Below, piece by piece: positions 10,335 to 19,653 of a stretch of 64,000 nt of DNA. The stretch is taken from assembly GCA_015523295.1 (NCBI GenBank), contig WAKQ01000011.1, positions 934-64,933 on the forward strand. Direction: 5' to 3'. How positions within the stretch are numbered: the stretch's first letter is position 1; every line of letters starts with the position of its first letter. The position numbers were made by a program, and so were the translations under genes. The notes under the pieces are model-generated. The model ran no database searches, was not told the origin of the DNA, and saw nothing but the letters and a program-made list of their open reading frames with translations. This DNA is from Desulfurococcales archaeon (GTDB taxonomy: Archaea; Thermoproteota; Thermoprotei_A; Sulfolobales; NBVN01).

Positions 10335-11339
10335 ATGATAGTTCTCGGGATAGAATCCTCAGCTCATACTTTTGGGGTAGGTTTGGTTAGAGATGAATCA
10401 CCTCATATAATTGCTGATGTCAGGAAAAAGTATGTTCCTTCAAGGGGAGGCATACATCCAAAAGAGGCGTCTCAATTCTTCATCTCCGAAGGGCCTAAGG
10501 CGATAAAGGAGGCACTTGAAGGGTCTGGAGTCTCTCCAATGGAGGTTGACGCTTATGCAGTAACCCTGGGTCCTGGATTAGGCCCTTGCCTTAGGGTGGG
10601 TGCTACTCTTGCCAGGGGCCTCGCTGCGTACTTTGAGAAGCCTCTCGTACCTGTGAATCATGCTGTAGCCCATATTGAGATCGGACGTTATCTCTCAGGA
10701 TTCAAAGATCCTCTTGTAGTCTACCTCTCTGGGGGTAATACGATGATTGTAGCTTATGAGGAGGGAAGGTATAGGGTATTCGGTGAAACCCTAGATATAG
10801 CATTAGGTAATTTTCTGGATACACTGGCCCGGGAAATGGGTTTAGCACCTCCTTACATAGTAAACGGTAAGCATGCAATTGAGGTTTGCGCGGATAAAGG
10901 TGTGAAATTTCTAAAGGAGCTTCCCTACGTTGTTAAGGGTCAGGACGTTTCATACTCTGGCCTCCTTACGGCGTCTTTGAAAGCTGTTAAGAGAGGGGCC
11001 AGAAAGGAGGACGTATGCATGACTGCACGTGAAATAGCTTTCTCCGCTATAGTTGAGGTAGCTGAGAGAGGTCTTGCCCACACGGGGAAGAAGGAGCTCC
11101 TACTTGTAGGGGGTGTAGCTGCCAGCCAAACCCTTAGAGATAAGTTCAGGGTTATGGCGGCTGAAAGAGGGGTTGAGTTTTACGCTGTCCCCCCAAAATA
11201 CGCTGTCGACAACGGGGTGATGATAGCTTTCACTGGGTTGCTCGCCTTCAAACACGGGATTGTGGTGCCTCCTGAGAAGGCGTACATTAGACAAAGGTGG
11301 AGGCTTGATGAGGTCGACATTCCATGGGTGAGTCACTGA
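10335..11339 (+). CDS. kae1: tRNA N6-adenosine threonylcarbamoyltransferase Kae1 (KEOPS)
   Basis: LGIESSAHTFGVGLV, the metal site NHAVAHIE, YLSGGNT and VGGVAAS are all present. Confidence 0.9.
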   Translation: MIVLGIESSAHTFGVGLVRDESPHIIADVRKKYVPSRGGIHPKEASQFFISEGPKAIKEALEGSGVSPMEVDAYAVTLGPGLGPCLRVGATLARGLAAYFEKPLVPVNHAVAHIEIGRYLSGFKDPLVVYLSGGNTMIVAYEEGRYRVFGETLDIALGNFLDTLAREMGLAPPYIVNGKHAIEVCADKGVKFLKELPYVVKGQDVSYSGLLTASLKAVKRGARKEDVCMTAREIAFSAIVEVAERGLAHTGKKELLLVGGVAASQTLRDKFRVMAAERGVEFYAVPPKYAVDNGVMIAFTGLLAFKHGIVVPPEKAYIRQRWRLDEVDIPWVSH

Positions 11340-11992
11340 AGAACCATTCTTTAATTGCTGTAGGGGCTGAGGCGGCACTATATAAAGGTAGGTTCCTTAA
11401 TCTTGATGTCGTTATTAAATATAGGTTAAGGAAGCCCTATAGGCTCAATGATCTAGACCTGCAGTTACGTATTCAGAGGACGATATTGGAGGCTAAAGTT
11501 ATTAGGACTCTAATGAGGGCTGGTGTCAAAGTTCCTCCCCTACTGTACGTTCATCCTGAAGAGGGCATATTAGTTCTTAAGTACATTAAGGGCTCCCTTT
11601 TAAGGGATGTAGTTCACAGCGGGTCGATAGATGTATCATGTAAAGGATTGAATTATGTTGGTAAGTATGCGGGGAGGATGCACTCCATTGGAGTGGTTCA
11701 CGGGGATCTCACAACATCCAACGTTATTATAACACCTGACAACATGGCGTATTTGATAGATTTCGGGCTATCTAAGTTCAGCAATAGGATAGAAGATATG
11801 GCTACAGACATTCACCTATTTACGAGGTCGCTTGAGTCTGCACACTATAAGTGGAAAGATTTTCTGCTGAAGTGCTTTCTCAGAGGCTATTTTAATGAGA
11901 AGGGTGATGAGGCAGCTAAAATAGTAGCTGTTGCGAAAGAGATCAGGATGAGAGGTAGGTATGTTGAAGAGAGACGTGTTAAGAAAGCCTAA
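11324..11992 (+). CDS. bud32: KEOPS kinase/ATPase Bud32
   Basis: Small atypical kinase with catalytic loop VVHGDLTTSNVII and the DFG motif LIDFGLS. It overlaps the kae1 stop by 16 nt. Confidence 0.8.
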   Translation: MGESLKNHSLIAVGAEAALYKGRFLNLDVVIKYRLRKPYRLNDLDLQLRIQRTILEAKVIRTLMRAGVKVPPLLYVHPEEGILVLKYIKGSLLRDVVHSGSIDVSCKGLNYVGKYAGRMHSIGVVHGDLTTSNVIITPDNMAYLIDFGLSKFSNRIEDMATDIHLFTRSLESAHYKWKDFLLKCFLRGYFNEKGDEAAKIVAVAKEIRMRGRYVEERRVKKA

Positions 11993-12551
11993 AACTCTAT
12001 ACTTACTGACAAACAATGATGGTAAGCTGAGGGAATTTCGCGAATTAGGGGCTAGCCATAGCCTGAAAATTGCCAAGGCCGGTCTCGAAAAGCTTGAGAT
12101 TCAGTCTTCAAGTCTGGAAGAAATCGCAACCTACGCAGCATTAACGGGTTACCTCAGCCTAAGAAAGCCACTTCTTGCTGAGGATGCTGGCTTGTTCATT
12201 CAATCCCTTAATGGTTTTCCAGGACCTTACAGTTCCTACGTCTTTAAGACACTAGGAAATGAAGGCATTCTCAGAATTATGGATGGCATGAATTTAAGAA
12301 GGGCCTGTTTCAGGTCTGCGATCAGTCTGGTTCTAGACATACAGACAATCAAGGTTTTTACAGGGGAAATATGCGGGTCAATTTCCAATAAGGTAAGGGG
12401 CAAAAGCGGTTTTGGGTTTGACCCGATATTTATACCAGAAGGTTATACGAGGACATTCGCAGAGATGTCTGTAAAAGAGAAAAACAAGATATCGCATAGA
12501 GCTAAGGCATTTAACTCAATGATGGAGTGGCTTGAAAACAACAGCTTTTAA
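11961..12551 (+). CDS. Non-canonical purine NTP pyrophosphatase (Ham1/RdgB/ITPase family)
   Basis: [19 protein letters not shown] and [10 protein letters not shown] are present. The true start may be internal to the ORF. Confidence 0.8.
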   Translation: MLKRDVLRKPKTLYLLTNNDGKLREFRELGASHSLKIAKAGLEKLEIQSSSLEEIATYAALTGYLSLRKPLLAEDAGLFIQSLNGFPGPYSSYVFKTLGNEGILRIMDGMNLRRACFRSAISLVLDIQTIKVFTGEICGSISNKVRGKSGFGFDPIFIPEGYTRTFAEMSVKEKNKISHRAKAFNSMMEWLENNSF

Positions 12552-12588
12552 AGCCTCTTGTAGTCAAAGCATTAAGGGAGTGGATGAG

Positions 12589-13071
12589 ATGAATAAGAGT
12601 AAGGAGAAAGGTCAGTCACACTCAACAAGACCACCTATAAGCGTGTCACCTAAGTGGGTACAATATACTCCTGAGGAAATAGAGATGATAATTGTTGAGT
12701 TGGCCAAGAAAGGTTATCCACCCTCGATGATCGGTGTCATTTTAAGGGATCAGTACGGTATTCCTTTGGTTAGGTCTGTAGTCGGTGTTAAGCTGCATAA
12801 GATCCTCAAAAAGTATGGTGTTGAGCTCTCCCTCCCAGAAGATCTCTACAATCTTATTAAGAGGGCCATAAACCTACGTAGGCATTTAGAGGAACATCCT
12901 AAAGACACGCATTCGCAGAGGGGATTGCTTGAAATCGAGTCCAAGATCCATAGGCTTGCCAAATACTATAAAAGGAAGGGCGTGCTGCCTCCTGAATGGA
13001 GATACAAGCCAGCTGAAGCCAAGATCTTAGTTTCTAGACCGCTAGTCACTGTAAAGGAAACCTCAAGTTAA
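12589..13071 (+). CDS. rps15: 30S ribosomal protein S15 (uS15/S13e type)
   Basis: I set the start at ATG 12589 ([16 protein letters not shown]...[12 protein letters not shown]). The block [18 protein letters not shown] is typical of S15. Confidence 0.85.
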   Translation: MNKSKEKGQSHSTRPPISVSPKWVQYTPEEIEMIIVELAKKGYPPSMIGVILRDQYGIPLVRSVVGVKLHKILKKYGVELSLPEDLYNLIKRAINLRRHLEEHPKDTHSQRGLLEIESKIHRLAKYYKRKGVLPPEWRYKPAEAKILVSRPLVTVKETSS

Positions 13072-13128
13072 CTTAGGATGATAAAGGTCTTGAAGGCGTA
13101 AAAGCCCCTTTTCTCAGGTGCTGGATTA

Positions 13129-14241
13129 GTGTCGCTTAGGTTTGAGGGGGTCAACGCAGAGGAGACGTTAAGGCGTGTACTACAGTGGGGTAAAGAAGAG
13201 AAAGGTCTGGTTAGGATCATCTCGGCGGGAGATCCTGAGTCAGCTGTAACGGCTGGATTAATTGCAAGGCTATTTAAAAGCTCTGAAATCGAGTTCGAGA
13301 TACTAAATTATCTTCCCGGCATATCCGGCATAAAGGTTACAGACTCTAAGGTGATTGGCGTTAACATCCCAACAAATGAATGCCAGGAATGTATAATCTT
13401 TCAGTCTGCTGGATCGACCTCCGCAGTGAGAATTAAATTTAATTACCTCATAAGACTTGCCTGTTTACCTGCAGGCATCTTAGACCTAGTAAGCGAGTTC
13501 GACATAGTTCCTGCGGAAGTTAAAGGAATGCTAGTTGCATCCATGCTAGCGTTGCATACGCCTAGACTTCTAGGCAGGGAACTTAGCTCTGCTGAAAAGG
13601 AATTCATCAAGCAATTATCGAATGAGGGTGTATTGAGTGTAGTTAAAGCTCCACCAATAATTAACTGGCTTAATCTCCCAAAGGAGGAGGCAGTACGTCT
13701 CAGTATAGATGCTCTCTTACCTAATATGTTCATGTCGGGAGTTGATGCTGTGGATGAAGAGAGTATATCCAAGGAGCTGGGGTTGACCCCCGATAAATTA
13801 TTGAATGATAACTACTACCTTAAGACTGGTGGCGTAAACCTAGATCTCTACCTTCTAAGCTATGTGTCTTACTGGCTTTCAGATATGGTAGGTTCGGAAG
13901 GCCTTGCATCGGCTGTTATCACACCTAAATTCTGGGACTGGGGGATGTATGGCCTTACCAGGACATATAAATCCCTCAAAGGCATTCTAGATGCAGTCTC
14001 TTCTCAGGGTCTAGAGAAGAAAGGGGGGTACTTCATCGTAAAAGCTAACCCAAGGGAGATTTCCTTAAGCGTACTTGCGAAAGTCTTCACAGGTCTGCAC
14101 CTAATTGATGAGGGAAGTATTTTAATTGGTGAATGGGGGAGAAATTACTACGTACCCATAGCCTTAATGAGCAAAGATCATGTGAAGAAATTTAATGAGT
14201 TCAGCATATGTGGAGGCTATCTGTGTCTGACAGAGTTGTAG
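13129..14241 (+). CDS. Putative RecJ/Cdc45-like protein with degenerate DHH motifs (RecJdbh type)
   Basis: The call rests mainly on context: a RecJ-family gene directly downstream of rps15 is, as I recall it, a conserved archaeal arrangement. The N-terminus VRIISAGDPESAVTAGLIARL also resembles DHH motif I. There is no DHH tripeptide anywhere in the protein. Confidence 0.4.
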   Translation: MSLRFEGVNAEETLRRVLQWGKEEKGLVRIISAGDPESAVTAGLIARLFKSSEIEFEILNYLPGISGIKVTDSKVIGVNIPTNECQECIIFQSAGSTSAVRIKFNYLIRLACLPAGILDLVSEFDIVPAEVKGMLVASMLALHTPRLLGRELSSAEKEFIKQLSNEGVLSVVKAPPIINWLNLPKEEAVRLSIDALLPNMFMSGVDAVDEESISKELGLTPDKLLNDNYYLKTGGVNLDLYLLSYVSYWLSDMVGSEGLASAVITPKFWDWGMYGLTRTYKSLKGILDAVSSQGLEKKGGYFIVKANPREISLSVLAKVFTGLHLIDEGSILIGEWGRNYYVPIALMSKDHVKKFNEFSICGGYLCLTEL

Positions 14242-14243
14242 AG

Positions 14244-14525
14244 ATGGAAATAATGTACGTGGATGTGAAAATATCTATTTCAGGGGACGATAAGATCCTT
14301 GCAGCTGTGGAAAGGGCGCTTCGCCCGGATAATGAGTATCCTCCAGATGATTTCTTCATAGATACGGAAGTTAGGGATAGTACTTTCATTTTAATCATTA
14401 AGCTTGAAAAGGAGGGTCTGGATGAGAGCAGATTATTGACTACGTTATCGATAATTAATGAGGTACTGGAGTTAGTTAAAGCCTTCTCAGAGACTATAAA
14501 GGGGATTAAAGGAGGAACTAGTTAA
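14244..14525 (+). CDS. Pcc1-like small protein (possible KEOPS subunit)
   Basis: The pattern VKISISGDDKILAAVERALRPDNEYPP...FILIIKLEKEGLDESRLLTTLSIINEVLEL resembles Pcc1/CTAG family profiles from memory. I set the start at ATG 14244, just after the upstream stop. Confidence 0.45.
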   Translation: MEIMYVDVKISISGDDKILAAVERALRPDNEYPPDDFFIDTEVRDSTFILIIKLEKEGLDESRLLTTLSIINEVLELVKAFSETIKGIKGGTS

Positions 14526-14528
14526 CTC

Positions 14529-14535
14529 TTATAAA
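14529..14535 (+). promoter_or_regulatory. TATA-box candidate for rps3ae
   Basis: TTATAAA lies 33-39 nt upstream of ATG 14568. Confidence 0.4.
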
Positions 14536-14567
14536 CCCTGCCAATAAAGAACTCTAGGTCAGGATGT

Positions 14568-15191
14568 ATGCCGAGGGTAACGGTTAAGGACAAGTGGAAG
14601 ATGAAGAAATGGTATAAGGTGGTAGCCCCTCCTGTCTTCGAGAGCATTCCTATAGGCACTACCCCAGCTGATGAGGAGTGGAAATTGCTGGGGAGGGTTT
14701 TCGAGGTTACTCTGTTTGATATAACTGGTGATTTCAGTAAGCATTATGTGCACCTTTACTTCCAGGTCCACGATGTTCAGGAGGGTGTGGCCTACACGAG
14801 GTTCAAGGGTCATGAATTAGCCAGGGATTATTTAAAGTCAATTATTAGGAGGAAATCGAGTAAGGTAGCGGCTATTGTGGATGTCAAGACAAAAGACGGG
14901 CACGTGCTACGTGTGCAGGGCATGGTTCTGACAGCTTTTAGATGTAAAACTAGTCAGAAAAGAGCTATAAGAAAAGAGCTCGTTAGAGTGCTAACTGAGA
15001 AGGCCAGCGAATTGACTTTGGATGAATACATAAAGGCCATGATCTTTGGCCAATTAGCTAATGACATGTTTGAGGCAGCTAAAAAGATCTACCCAATAAG
15101 GAAGGCAGAGGTCTATAAGTCGAGGATGCTGTACATTCCTACGGAGGAAGGACTTAAGAAAGCCGTGATTGTGGCTACGTCGCCACGGTAA
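14568..15191 (+). CDS. rps3ae: 30S ribosomal protein S3Ae (eS1)
   Basis: N-terminal VKDKWKMKKWYKVVAPP is the S3Ae hallmark. Confidence 0.85.
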   Translation: MPRVTVKDKWKMKKWYKVVAPPVFESIPIGTTPADEEWKLLGRVFEVTLFDITGDFSKHYVHLYFQVHDVQEGVAYTRFKGHELARDYLKSIIRRKSSKVAAIVDVKTKDGHVLRVQGMVLTAFRCKTSQKRAIRKELVRVLTEKASELTLDEYIKAMIFGQLANDMFEAAKKIYPIRKAEVYKSRMLYIPTEEGLKKAVIVATSPR

Positions 15192-15205
15192 TAAATCTAA
15201 CCCTC

Positions 15206-15227
15206 ATTAATTTCCATGGAAATTAAT
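15206..15227. repeat. 22-bp perfect palindrome ATTAATTTCCATGGAAATTAAT
   Basis: I checked it base by base and it is self-complementary. It lies between the rps3ae stop (15191) and the nucleotidyltransferase start (15291). Confidence 0.9.
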
Positions 15228-15290
15228 ATTGTACTAGGCCTTAGTTGCCTAATTATATTACTTGATCTAGGATTAGTTAAGGGGGAGGTT

Positions 15291-16577
15291 ATGAGGGAGG
15301 CCATAATTCTTGCTGCAGGATATGGAAAAGGTCTAGAGCCATTGACCCAAACAAGGCATAAAACTTTGGTTCCTATCTTAGGAAGTTCTCTTCTGAAACA
15401 CCATTTGGAGATTCTTCACGAACTAGGTTTTGAGAATTTCATTGTGGTTACGAGCTATCTTAAGGAGCAGTTATCTGCATATCTTCGCACAGTATCGAGA
15501 GAGGAAGGATATACTTACGTCCTTGTAGATCAAGGAGAACCTCTTGGAACAGGGCACGCATTACTTGAAGCGTTCGATAAGGTGTCTGCGGAGAAGGTTC
15601 TAGTAATTTATGGGGACGTATATACCTCAGCTCATGACATTAAGCGACTTTTAGATGTTGAGGGGGAGGCTCTTGCAGCGGCAGAAGTCAGAGATCCTGA
15701 AAATTACGGGGTTATTGAAGAATCTGAAGGACTTTTAAAACGCATTATAGAAAAGCCTGTGAATCCGCCCTCTTCTATAGTTAATGCTGGAATATACGTC
15801 CTTAAAAGTAACTTCAGAAAGTATTTAGAGGGTTTAGAACCAAGTATAAGAGGGGAGTACGAGCTAACTGACGCGCTTACAGAGTATGCAAGGTCTCATC
15901 CAGTAAAGGTAGTTAAGGTTAGTGAGTGGGTCGATGTAGGAAGGCCTTGGAAGTTGCTCGAGGTTAATAGAAAGGTGTTAGATAATGTTAAGAAAAGGGA
16001 GATTAAAGGGTCTGTGGAGTCTGGAGCTATTATAAGGGGTCCTTTAATTATTGAGGAAGGCGCTGAAGTATACTCTGGATCCTACATAGTAGGACCGGCA
16101 TATATAGGGAGGGGTGCTGTTGTAGGTCCTAACGCTTACTTAAGGCCTTACAGTGTGGTGCTTGAAGGCGCTAAAGTGGGTTTTAATGTGGAGGTTAAGG
16201 AGAGCATCATAATGGAGAGGGCTCATGTGGCACATCAAGCATACGTGGGAGATTCGATAATTGGTGAAGACTCCAACTTGGGTGCTGGAACTATATTAGC
16301 TAACTTGAGGTTCGATGGTAAGGAGGTTCCCTTCAAGGTAAAAGGTGTCAGAGTGTCAAGCGGGAGGAAAAAGTTTGGTGCCGTCATAGGCGGTCATGTA
16401 AAGACAGGAGTTAACGTATCAACATATCCTGGCGTGAAGATTGGTGCTTATAGCTGGATCAATCCAGGTCTGTCGATCTCTAAGGATGTGCCCCCTTGTG
16501 TCCATGTTGTGAGGGATGGAGAATTCAAACCATTGCATCACCCATGCCCTCTAGACCTCAGCGTTTGGAGGTCTTAG
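15291..16577 (+). CDS. Bifunctional-type sugar-1-phosphate nucleotidyltransferase with C-terminal left-handed beta-helix (GlmU/ST0452-like)
   Basis: AIILAAGYGKGLEPLTQTRHKTLVPILG is the NTP-transferase motif at the very N-terminus. The C-terminal half has hexapeptide repeats (GAVVGPNAYL, VGDSIIGEDSNLGAGT). I set the start at ATG 15291. The ORF-track start at 15216 adds a hydrophobic, non-family extension. Confidence 0.8.
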   Translation: MREAIILAAGYGKGLEPLTQTRHKTLVPILGSSLLKHHLEILHELGFENFIVVTSYLKEQLSAYLRTVSREEGYTYVLVDQGEPLGTGHALLEAFDKVSAEKVLVIYGDVYTSAHDIKRLLDVEGEALAAAEVRDPENYGVIEESEGLLKRIIEKPVNPPSSIVNAGIYVLKSNFRKYLEGLEPSIRGEYELTDALTEYARSHPVKVVKVSEWVDVGRPWKLLEVNRKVLDNVKKREIKGSVESGAIIRGPLIIEEGAEVYSGSYIVGPAYIGRGAVVGPNAYLRPYSVVLEGAKVGFNVEVKESIIMERAHVAHQAYVGDSIIGEDSNLGAGTILANLRFDGKEVPFKVKGVRVSSGRKKFGAVIGGHVKTGVNVSTYPGVKIGAYSWINPGLSISKDVPPCVHVVRDGEFKPLHHPCPLDLSVWRS

Positions 16578-17790
16578 CAGAGACTATTTTCACCACGTCA
16601 TTGTCTTTCAGTGTGTAGGAACCACCAACCCTTTTTCCTTCCCTAGCTAATATGGCGTGAAGAAACCCTTTCCCTAGGTCCGTATGTATCAAGTAGGCAA
16701 GTTCAAGAGCTGTTGTTCCTTCTCTAACTAAGTAGGCATCAGGTAAGATATTCCCAAAGCTGTCAGTATACTTATGAGGGTCCTCCACAGGGTAAACTAC
16801 TATCATCTTCAACACATTGAAGACGGCGTAATTAATCGCCGCTTGGACTCCAGTGCCCTCATACTTCCTCATGAAGCCTTCAATGATCTCAAGGGCTTTC
16901 CTTTGCTTCGAATTAATTCTCTCCTCATTAACTAGGGTGAAATCCTTATCTCCAGGCAGATACTTAATAAGTCCTAATCTCTCGGCTTTCCTTAGCGCTA
17001 ATTCATAAGCCGCACTTGCAGGTATTAATACCTTGCCAGGCAGCGTTTCCTTAATCCTTCGATAATTCTCCTCGGATTTAGGTATATCCATTTTATTTGC
17101 AACGATTACTATCGGTTTTGAGAGCTCTCTCAGCCTGATAACGAACTCCTTCAGCTCGTCCTCACTCCAAGTACTCGGTTTTTTACTCTCAAGGTTTAAT
17201 TCCCTCAGTGATAGTGCTACGTGTTCCCTCCTTATAGAGAATCCAGAAACCCTCTGGGCGATGGCATTTACAACCTCATCTAATGACATGCTATCGAGAC
17301 CTCTTGAAAACCTCTCCCAATCCTTGCGGATTCTCTCGTAAAACCATTCGTTGACCTCGTTTTCTATGGTTAAAATATCCTCTAAGGGATCGTGGGTGCC
17401 TGGAGGGACCGGATTCCCTTCAGCGTCTGTTGACCCTGACATATCTACTATGTGCAGTAGCACATCGGCTTGGCGGAGGTCATCCATGAATTTATTGCCG
17501 AGGCCTCTTCCTTCATGGGCGCCTTTCACCAGCCCGGCAACATCTAATAGCTTCACGGGAATGAACCTGTATCCCTCAATACATAGCGAGTTACGTGCAT
17601 CGCATTTAGGAAGTCCTATAAGTGTATGCACGCATATTTTCCTAACGTATCCCACACCTATATTAGGTTCTATAGTGACGAAGGGTCTATTCTCAATTTT
17701 AGCCGGGACCATGGTAGCTGCTTCGAAGAAGGTTGACTTACCTACGTTTGTTTTACCGATCACGCCTATTATAGGTGGTGAGGGCGGCAT
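16558..17790 (-). CDS. YchF/OLA1-like P-loop GTPase/ATPase with C-terminal TGS domain
   Basis: IGVIGKTNVGKSTFF (G1), RPFVTIEPNIGVGYV (YchF-like), LLDVAGLVKGAHEG, and a C-terminal TGS-like LKDNDVVKIV. Confidence 0.8.
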   Translation of the reverse strand: MPPSPPIIGVIGKTNVGKSTFFEAATMVPAKIENRPFVTIEPNIGVGYVRKICVHTLIGLPKCDARNSLCIEGYRFIPVKLLDVAGLVKGAHEGRGLGNKFMDDLRQADVLLHIVDMSGSTDAEGNPVPPGTHDPLEDILTIENEVNEWFYERIRKDWERFSRGLDSMSLDEVVNAIAQRVSGFSIRREHVALSLRELNLESKKPSTWSEDELKEFVIRLRELSKPIVIVANKMDIPKSEENYRRIKETLPGKVLIPASAAYELALRKAERLGLIKYLPGDKDFTLVNEERINSKQRKALEIIEGFMRKYEGTGVQAAINYAVFNVLKMIVVYPVEDPHKYTDSFGNILPDAYLVREGTTALELAYLIHTDLGKGFLHAILAREGKRVGGSYTLKDNDVVKIVSAKTSKR

Positions 17791-17921
17791 CCTTACCTCC
17801 TAACCTAGGAATCAGTGTTTGCAAGACTAATTAATCATTTATTAAGTATATACCCGGAAAGATAACAGCTTTTAATCTCTTAATCCAAGAGTGTCGGAGA
17901 GACGAAGGATAGGTGAATCAG

Positions 17922-18593
17922 ATGGTAAGGTCCATGTATCACTATATGGCTGCCCTGTGGAGGAAGCCTTATGAAGGTGACATGCTTCAGTTAATGAAAG
18001 AGAGGTTCATAAAGTGGCGTCGAGGTCCTTCTGTCGTAAGGGTGGAAGCACCGACAAGATTGGATAGGGCGAGGTCTATAGGGTATAAAGCTAAGCAGGG
18101 CTTCGTAGTGGTTCGTGTCAGGGTAAGGAAGGGTGGTATGAGAAAGGAGAGACCGAACAAAGGCAGAAGACCTAAGAGAATGGGTGTTTACGGATATGCT
18201 CCCGAGAAGTCGATTCAGTTGATTGCTGAGGAGAGGGCTGCTCGAAAATATCCGAACCTGGAGGTCCTAGGATCGTATTATGTAGGGGATGATGGTCTCT
18301 ACAAGTACTATGAGATTGTACTGGTTGATCCTGCTCATCCCTCAATAAGATCTGATGAGGATATCAAATGGATTGCTGATCCCTCTCAGAGGGGTAGGGT
18401 TTTTAGAGGTAAGACGTTTGCTGGCAGGAGAATGAGGGGCCTCATAGGTAATAGAGGGGTTAGAGGGACCCATAACTGGAAATGGAAGAAGAAGATGAAG
18501 GAGAGGACGTTAAAGAAGCGTCACGAGGCTTCCAGGGGTGCAAGGCTGATATTAACCAAGAAGCTGGCTAAGGAATTAGGTATCGAAAAGTGA
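17922..18593 (+). CDS. rpl15e: 50S ribosomal protein L15e
   Basis: [16 protein letters not shown] is an L15e N-terminus, and the body is basic ([22 protein letters not shown]). The start is at ATG 17922. Confidence 0.85.
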   Translation: MVRSMYHYMAALWRKPYEGDMLQLMKERFIKWRRGPSVVRVEAPTRLDRARSIGYKAKQGFVVVRVRVRKGGMRKERPNKGRRPKRMGVYGYAPEKSIQLIAEERAARKYPNLEVLGSYYVGDDGLYKYYEIVLVDPAHPSIRSDEDIKWIADPSQRGRVFRGKTFAGRRMRGLIGNRGVRGTHNWKWKKKMKERTLKKRHEASRGARLILTKKLAKELGIEK

Positions 18594-19057
18594 GTGTTGA
18601 GGGTAAAGGGTTTAAAATAGTTCGACTTACAGCAGCAGTTTTTTATCATGCCACTGAAGACCCTGCCAAGGTAAGAAGAGCTCTTCTTAACCTTGCTCCT
18701 GAAGCTATACGCTCCTCTCTACATGTTGATGAAGAGGTAGTCCAAGGCCACTTTGGCAACAAGATAGGCATTTTAACGTTAAGGCTTTCAGGCACTAAAG
18801 CATACGAAATGTTAAGATATTTAGTGTGTTCGTTAAGTGAGACTGATAAGAACATACTGATTGCTACTATAGAGAATAGAATAGGCTCAAGGCCTTCTCA
18901 CCTGCATATTAGGCTGAGTAAGCAGGATGCATTTAAGGGGAGAGCGGTGTTGATGGACGGTGATGATGTTATAAAGGTATCAGTCACTGTGCTGGGTGTA
19001 AGGCAGCCTCATCAACTAAGGAAATTCTTGGATAGCTTAATAGGTGGGTGTAGTTGA
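18590..19057 (+). CDS. DUF54/COG1325-type RNA-binding protein (predicted exosome-associated subunit)
   Basis: The [18 protein letters not shown] motif is present. It occupies the conserved position between rpl15e and the RNase P subunit genes. Confidence 0.5.
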   Translation: MSVEGKGFKIVRLTAAVFYHATEDPAKVRRALLNLAPEAIRSSLHVDEEVVQGHFGNKIGILTLRLSGTKAYEMLRYLVCSLSETDKNILIATIENRIGSRPSHLHIRLSKQDAFKGRAVLMDGDDVIKVSVTVLGVRQPHQLRKFLDSLIGGCS

Positions 19058-19653
19058 AGACGTTTATAGATATAGGTTATCGAGGGGCTATAGATGATTC
19101 ATCTATTTCTTATTTAAGTGAACTCAGCTATAGGATAATTGCTGTGGAGGGCATTAATGATATTAGGAAGCTTGGCCGGGTCATACTTATCCCTAGATAT
19201 ACACAGACCTCTAATAGTCTAAAGAGAGGTGATGAGAATAAGAAGAAGGTTAAGATCTTTAAGGTTTCATCTCAAGACGAGGTAAAAATCAGGCATACTT
19301 TAAGGCGCTTTCACGGTATTGAGATCAGTGGCCATTGTGTTGAGCGGCTCAGCATTAAGGTTGTGAAGAAGCTGGCTAAGTTGAAAATACCGATACTACT
19401 GGACATGGCGAGTGTGCTCTCTAACTTGATGTTAGGCCGTAAACTCCACGGTGTTCTAAACTTGCTCAGGGAGTTCCAGAAAGGTGAGCTAGCTCTAGGT
19501 GTAATTTCTGGGGCCACTTCTCCTGCGGAGGCAATGCATCCAATAATCTACGAGGCCTTACTGATCGACTTAGGGGTTACGGAGGATAAGGCATATGAGG
19601 CAGTTTTTGTCGAACCAAGGAGAATAGTTAGGAGGGTAGGATATGAGTTATGA
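19054..19653 (+). CDS. rnp3: RNase P protein component 3 (Rpp30-like)
   Basis: The size (199 aa) and the conserved L15e-COG1325-Rpp30-Pop5 order support the call. Sequence evidence alone is weak. Confidence 0.5.
   Translation: MKTFIDIGYRGAIDDSSISYLSELSYRIIAVEGINDIRKLGRVILIPRYTQTSNSLKRGDENKKKVKIFKVSSQDEVKIRHTLRRFHGIEISGHCVERLSIKVVKKLAKLKIPILLDMASVLSNLMLGRKLHGVLNLLREFQKGELALGVISGATSPAEAMHPIIYEALLIDLGVTEDKAYEAVFVEPRRIVRRVGYEL

Noticed and set aside
15216-15290. 25-aa hydrophobic N-terminal extension of the nucleotidyltransferase (ORF-track start at 15216), possibly a signal or TM segment
   Set aside because: The family motif (AIILAAGxGxxL) normally sits at the extreme N-terminus, and ATG 15291 provides exactly that. 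The extension is translated from AT-rich promoter-like DNA and starts at the centre of a palindrome.
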